64,000 bases of DNA, from contig JBHGNT010000081.1 in NCBI GenBank assembly GCA_043228905.1, positions 36,865-100,864 of the forward strand, in the 5' to 3' direction. Positions 59,813 through 64,000 of the stretch are shown here, in pieces. Below the pieces are notes generated by a model. That model did no database searches and was not told the origin of the DNA. It worked only from the letters and a program-made list of their open reading frames with translations. Position 1 is the stretch's first letter. Each line of letters starts with the position of its first letter. Source of the stretch: Azolla caroliniana. Taxonomy: Eukaryota; Plantae; Polypodiophyta. The position numbers and the translations under genes are program-made.

Positions 59813-62800
59813 GACAGAAGAATACAATCCCGGCTTCGAATCGGACCAAGATAGTTTACGACAGTCGTCTGCTGTCAAGCCGCCGTCGGGGAGCTCTCGG
59901 GCTCGTCGCGCCGAGCAGGGTCTTGCACAGGAGATAAGTTGCAGCCAACCCTAAACGAACACGAAGGGGAAGAAGAAGAAGCAGAAGAAACCTAACCCTA
60001 AACCTACCGGTATACCCTCTAATCCAAAATGGGCAACCCTTTTACAAAGGGCGTTCCCTCCCTTTTATAGAACAAGGAGAGGGATGCGTTACAATGTGGG
60101 CCAAATCCCGACTTTCATGGGATCGTCTGTCCCGACTTGACTACTCTTTGGCGCCATAAAGGTGCCCTCGATATTCACACTAAATGTACATGGGTGCGTA
60201 CACACGTTGCACCCCGCCGATGTTACAATGTGGGCCAAATCCCGATTTTCATGGGATCGTCTGTCCCGACTTGACTACTCTTTGGCGCCATAAAGGTGCC
60301 CTCGATATTCACACTAAACGTACATGGGTGCGTACACACGTTGCACCCCGCCGATGTAGCCAATGTTTCCCGGTTTTCGCCTATGGCCGAAATTCTTCAC
60401 GACACCATTTCCGGGGCATCCCAGAAGCACACCAGAAGCAACCGAAGGGAGAGAGAGAAAGAGAGTGAGCACGCACTTGACACCGACTCACGCACACACA
60501 CGCACGCACACGCACACACAGGCCAACCCGACTCACGCCCTTATGTACAGGAAACGCAGGAAAGGGGAAGCACCCGCCACCAACAGACACGTGAATATAC
60601 ACAAACAGACGCAAATGTATATATATAAAAGGAAGAATACATTCCCGGCTTCGAGCTAGGCCAAGGTAGGTTACAGTAGTCGTCGGCTGCCAAGCCGCAA
60701 GTCAGGAGCTCACGGGCTTGTCGCACCGAGCGGGGTCTTGCGCAGGAGACGAGCTGAAGCTAACCCTAAGCGAACACGAAGGGGGAGAAGAAGAAGAAGA
60801 AGAAGAAGAAGAAGAAGAACTAACCCTAAATTTAACGGTATACCCTCTAACGCAAAATGGGCAACCCTTTCACAAAGGGCGCTCCCTTCATTTTATAGAA
60901 CAAGGAGAGGGATGCGTTACAATGTGGGATCAATCTCGACTTACATGGGATCGTTTGTCCTGACTTGACTACTCTTTGGCGCCATAAAGGCGCCCTCGTT
61001 ATTCACACTAAATGTACAAGGGTAAGCACACATGCTGCACCCTACCGATGTAGACAATGTTTCCCGGTTTCCGCCTCTGGACGAAATTCTTCACGACATC
61101 CGCCCCCACCTAACCGCACGTCCACCGGTACGTGCCAAATCCGGTGAAGGGTGAGAGATTTTGGCCGGTGAGAAACCGGTCTTTCGTAATCCGCATCCCG
61201 GCTCGCTACCGGTTTGATCCGTCGGCTTCGGTTTTTCCTTCGCGCGTACGTCCCCGTAGGCTCATTCGACCCGTCGATGGGTCCTTCACTGCGATCTCCG
61301 TAGTACGCATACTTTTGTTGGCCCTTGTTCGGCCGTATGCACGCCCTGCTCCCCGCCGTATGCTCGATGTCCTCCGCTTGAGGAACGCCCGCAGTGACCC
61401 GCTTGGCCTTCGTTGACCTTCGTGTTGTCCTGATTGCCGTCCCATGTTGTTTCGCGTTGCCTTCGTCCTCTCGCCGCCACCTTCCTTCTCCATGGTTTGA
61501 CATCGTCGCGTCGGCTCGAACCGCCATGGTCTTCGGAACGGTGTGGAGGATCCTTTTCTGGCCTTCTACGCACAACCTCCGAACCGCGCAACCCATCTCC
61601 GCGCTCGCCTTTCCGCTCTGGCACCTCCGTGTGCCACATACCCTCGTCCGTTGTTTGGCATTGCCTGTGCCGTACTCCGGTTCATTGCACGCCTTGTCGG
61701 CCCCTTTCCCGGCCAGATCGTGCATTGCCACTCACCCGCATACTGGTGTCCTCCGCATCCGAGGAACACCCCGTAGTAGCCGGCTTGGCCCTTCCCGTCT
61801 TCGTGTTGCTGCAACAGGTCCTGAGTCTTCCGCTTACCGTCGTCCCCTCGCCCCCACCAGCTTGTCACCGCGGGCTTGCCGTGTTAGTCTTCGCTACTTC
61901 GACGGAGCTCCCGAGATCTACGAAGTGAGTGTGGAGGATCCTACTCCGGCCTCTCTTGCCATCCCCTGACTCCGACCCTATGCAGTCCACTAGGCACTTG
62001 TCACCTCGTTCCCGACACCTCCCTTGTGCCGTCTTCCGCTTCCTTTGTTCGGCACCGCCCGTGCCGAACACTGTCCCGTAGTCACACTTTGATCCGGCCC
62101 ACGATGGCCACTTGCGAGACTCTTATTCCGTCCCAGGTGTGCCTTTCCCGCCCAACACACCTCCTCGTGTTTGCCCCTACCCGGCTCCTTCCGCTAAGCG
62201 GCCTGTAAGGGTTTCGCACTTCGTCCGCCCACGTCTTACCGACTCCCGATCGCTACCCCATGTCGTTGGGTCCCGTTCCCTACCGCCACCGTCCTTCTCC
62301 CTAGGTCTCACGTTGCCACATTGGCCGAACTGTTGGGGTCTCCGGATCAGTGTGAGGGTCCCATTAGGACCGGTCTTCGTTTCGTCGCTTGCCGAGATCC
62401 GGGTGTCTTTTGTTTGAGTCCCTCTCGGACTCTCCTCGTGTCTTCCGCGTAGTCGGGTCCCGTTTCTCGCCACACCAACCTTCTCTTTCGGTCTCATGTT
62501 GCCAAGTTGGCCGAACTGCCGGAGTCTCTGGTTAAATGTGGGGATCCGTAGGACCCGGACTTCCTTACACCCACTCACCTCACCGGAAGGTTTGAGATGG
62601 TCCGTAGCCACCTGTTGGCCTCATACCTCCTTTGCCATTCGTCGCCTCCTGTCGTCCGATCACGTTCTCCTGCCGCCACTGATCTCCCTATAGGACTCAC
62701 GCCGGCACTCGGGCCGACCGCCGGATCGGTGTGAGTGTCTTCGTGGGACCTCCCCTTCTGGCTTCGGGTTGCCCACCTTGCTGCCGCCACCGTCCCTTAC

Positions 62801-64000
62801 TCTAGGACACACGCCTCCCTCTTGTCGTTGGCCGCCGAGTACTCTGCGTTGATACCACTGCGGTCACAGCTGCTCCGCTCTGCCTTCGCCATTCTCTTCT
62901 AATGGTCACGTTCACCTTTCGCCGAAGTCTCTAGAATCGGTGTGTGTAAGGTCACAGATGCTCCGCTCTGCCTTCGCCATTCTCTTCTAATGGTCACGTT
63001 CACCTGCCGCCACCGTCCTTTCCTATAGGACTCACGCCGGCTCTTGGGCCGACCGCCGGATCGGTGTGAGGCTCTCCGTAGACCGCCCATCCGTAGCCCT
63101 TTTGCCTTCGTCCCCTCACCGCCACCGTTCGTCACTCTAGGCCTCGCGCTAGCTCTCGAGCCATCCGCCGGTGTCTGTAGAACTGGTGTGAAGGATCCTC
63201 CTCGGGCTTGCCGTATCTCTGACCCTTATCCCGGGTCTTCCTTCTTTCGTAAGTCGAGAGGGTGGCTTGCTGCACACCCTCTCCCGTGGTACCGACGTAC
63301 CGTGTTCCCGACCTCTTCGTAGGCCTGCTCTCTTCCTCCCTCTCGAAATGGTTTTCTCGAAGTCCGCTCCGCCCGGTTCTCGTCCGGGTCTGTCCGTCAA
63401 TCTTTGGGTTGTTGGGTCCTGATCTCCTGTCACCACCGATCTCTCCTATAGGACTCACGCTTGCAGTTGGGCCGATAGCCGGATCAGTGTAAGGAACTCC
63501 ATAGGACCGGCTTCCACTCTCTTGTACTTCTCCCGAACTCGTCGTCGCTCTCCTTGCTGCGATCCCGCCTCCTTCTTCCATCTCTCGACCTTCGCCCCGG
63601 TCGGTCTTTCTCCCCATGTAAAAGAGGGCGGCTCGTCCCGCACCCTCTCCCGTATCGGCACCTTTATGCCAAATCCGACCGGATTATGCTCCACCCGTAC
63701 CGGAGCGTCACGCGGTTAGGTCCCTGGTCGGGTTGTCCCTTGGTCTCTTCGTCGACCTTTTCACGGGCCTTCTCCCATTCATCTTCACTGGCATCGTGCC
63801 AGGACTCCTCGATACCGTCATCCATCTCCTCGGTCTCACTAGGGCATAAGGGCCCAAACGCCGAATTCCCCGGAATCGGGTTCAAGGGCTTTCGTCCGCT
63901 CCTTCCCCGTATCGTCTCGCTTGTGATTCTTGGTCTCTCGCCACCGCCTTCCTCCGCTTGGGACTCACGTGGGCACTCGGGCCCGACTGCCATCGTCTCG

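Larger units (their letters stand above)
55460..60404 (-). mobile_element. Element E: complete non-autonomous gag-only LTR element, TSD CCAT
   Basis: LTRs 59351-60404 (5') and 55460-56225 (3'); Trp PBS 59330-59346; PPT at 56226; one gag-like ORF and no pol; CCAT at 55456-55459 and 60405-60408. Confidence 0.93.
55367..64000 (-). mobile_element. Element F: partner-family copy (3' LTR 55367-55459 plus 60405-61098, PPT 61099, internal to window end), interrupted by E
   Basis: LTR halves join across E and match C's LTR; 63664-63993 matches the C-terminus of E's ORF. Confidence 0.87.

Noticed and set aside
36345-64000. Numerous overlapping and antisense ORFs in the LTR nest
   Set aside because: Shadow ORFs of GC-rich gag/pol and LTR sequence, with no domains and no conserved frames between copies.

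Overview
Eukaryotic nuclear DNA from a land plant, probably a non-seed lineage (inferred from the transposon content). The left ~27 kb holds two intact intron-containing host genes, EMC3 (7705-11815) and a CBP60 calmodulin-binding transcription factor (17115-24298). Around them lie the 3' end of a Copia element, a Ulp1-carrying Mutator-like element and decayed gypsy/LINE remnants. The right ~37 kb is a nest of LTR retrotransposons up to five levels deep. A decayed Copia contains an Athila-like gypsy (A, minus strand, with a long extra ORF). A in turn contains a tRNA-Trp-primed gypsy family that makes 4-bp TSDs: one intact young copy (B), one mutated copy (D, carrying a solo LTR) and three copies of a pol-less partner family (C, E, F; gag-only where complete). 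Three signals stand out. (1) Where A's polypurine tract should be, there is instead a tRNA-Arg-like 3' end 2 nt from the LTR, suggesting tRNA-primed plus-strand synthesis or an inverted architecture. (2) A CBP60 intron contains a 3x241-bp array of tRNA-Leu(CAA) units joined by ~50-bp palindromes and fused to an RTEX-type LINE tail. (3) B and D share a GGATTTT slippery site plus hairpin/pseudoknot, a -1 frameshift signal between protease and RT. All calls were made by eye, with no database searches.
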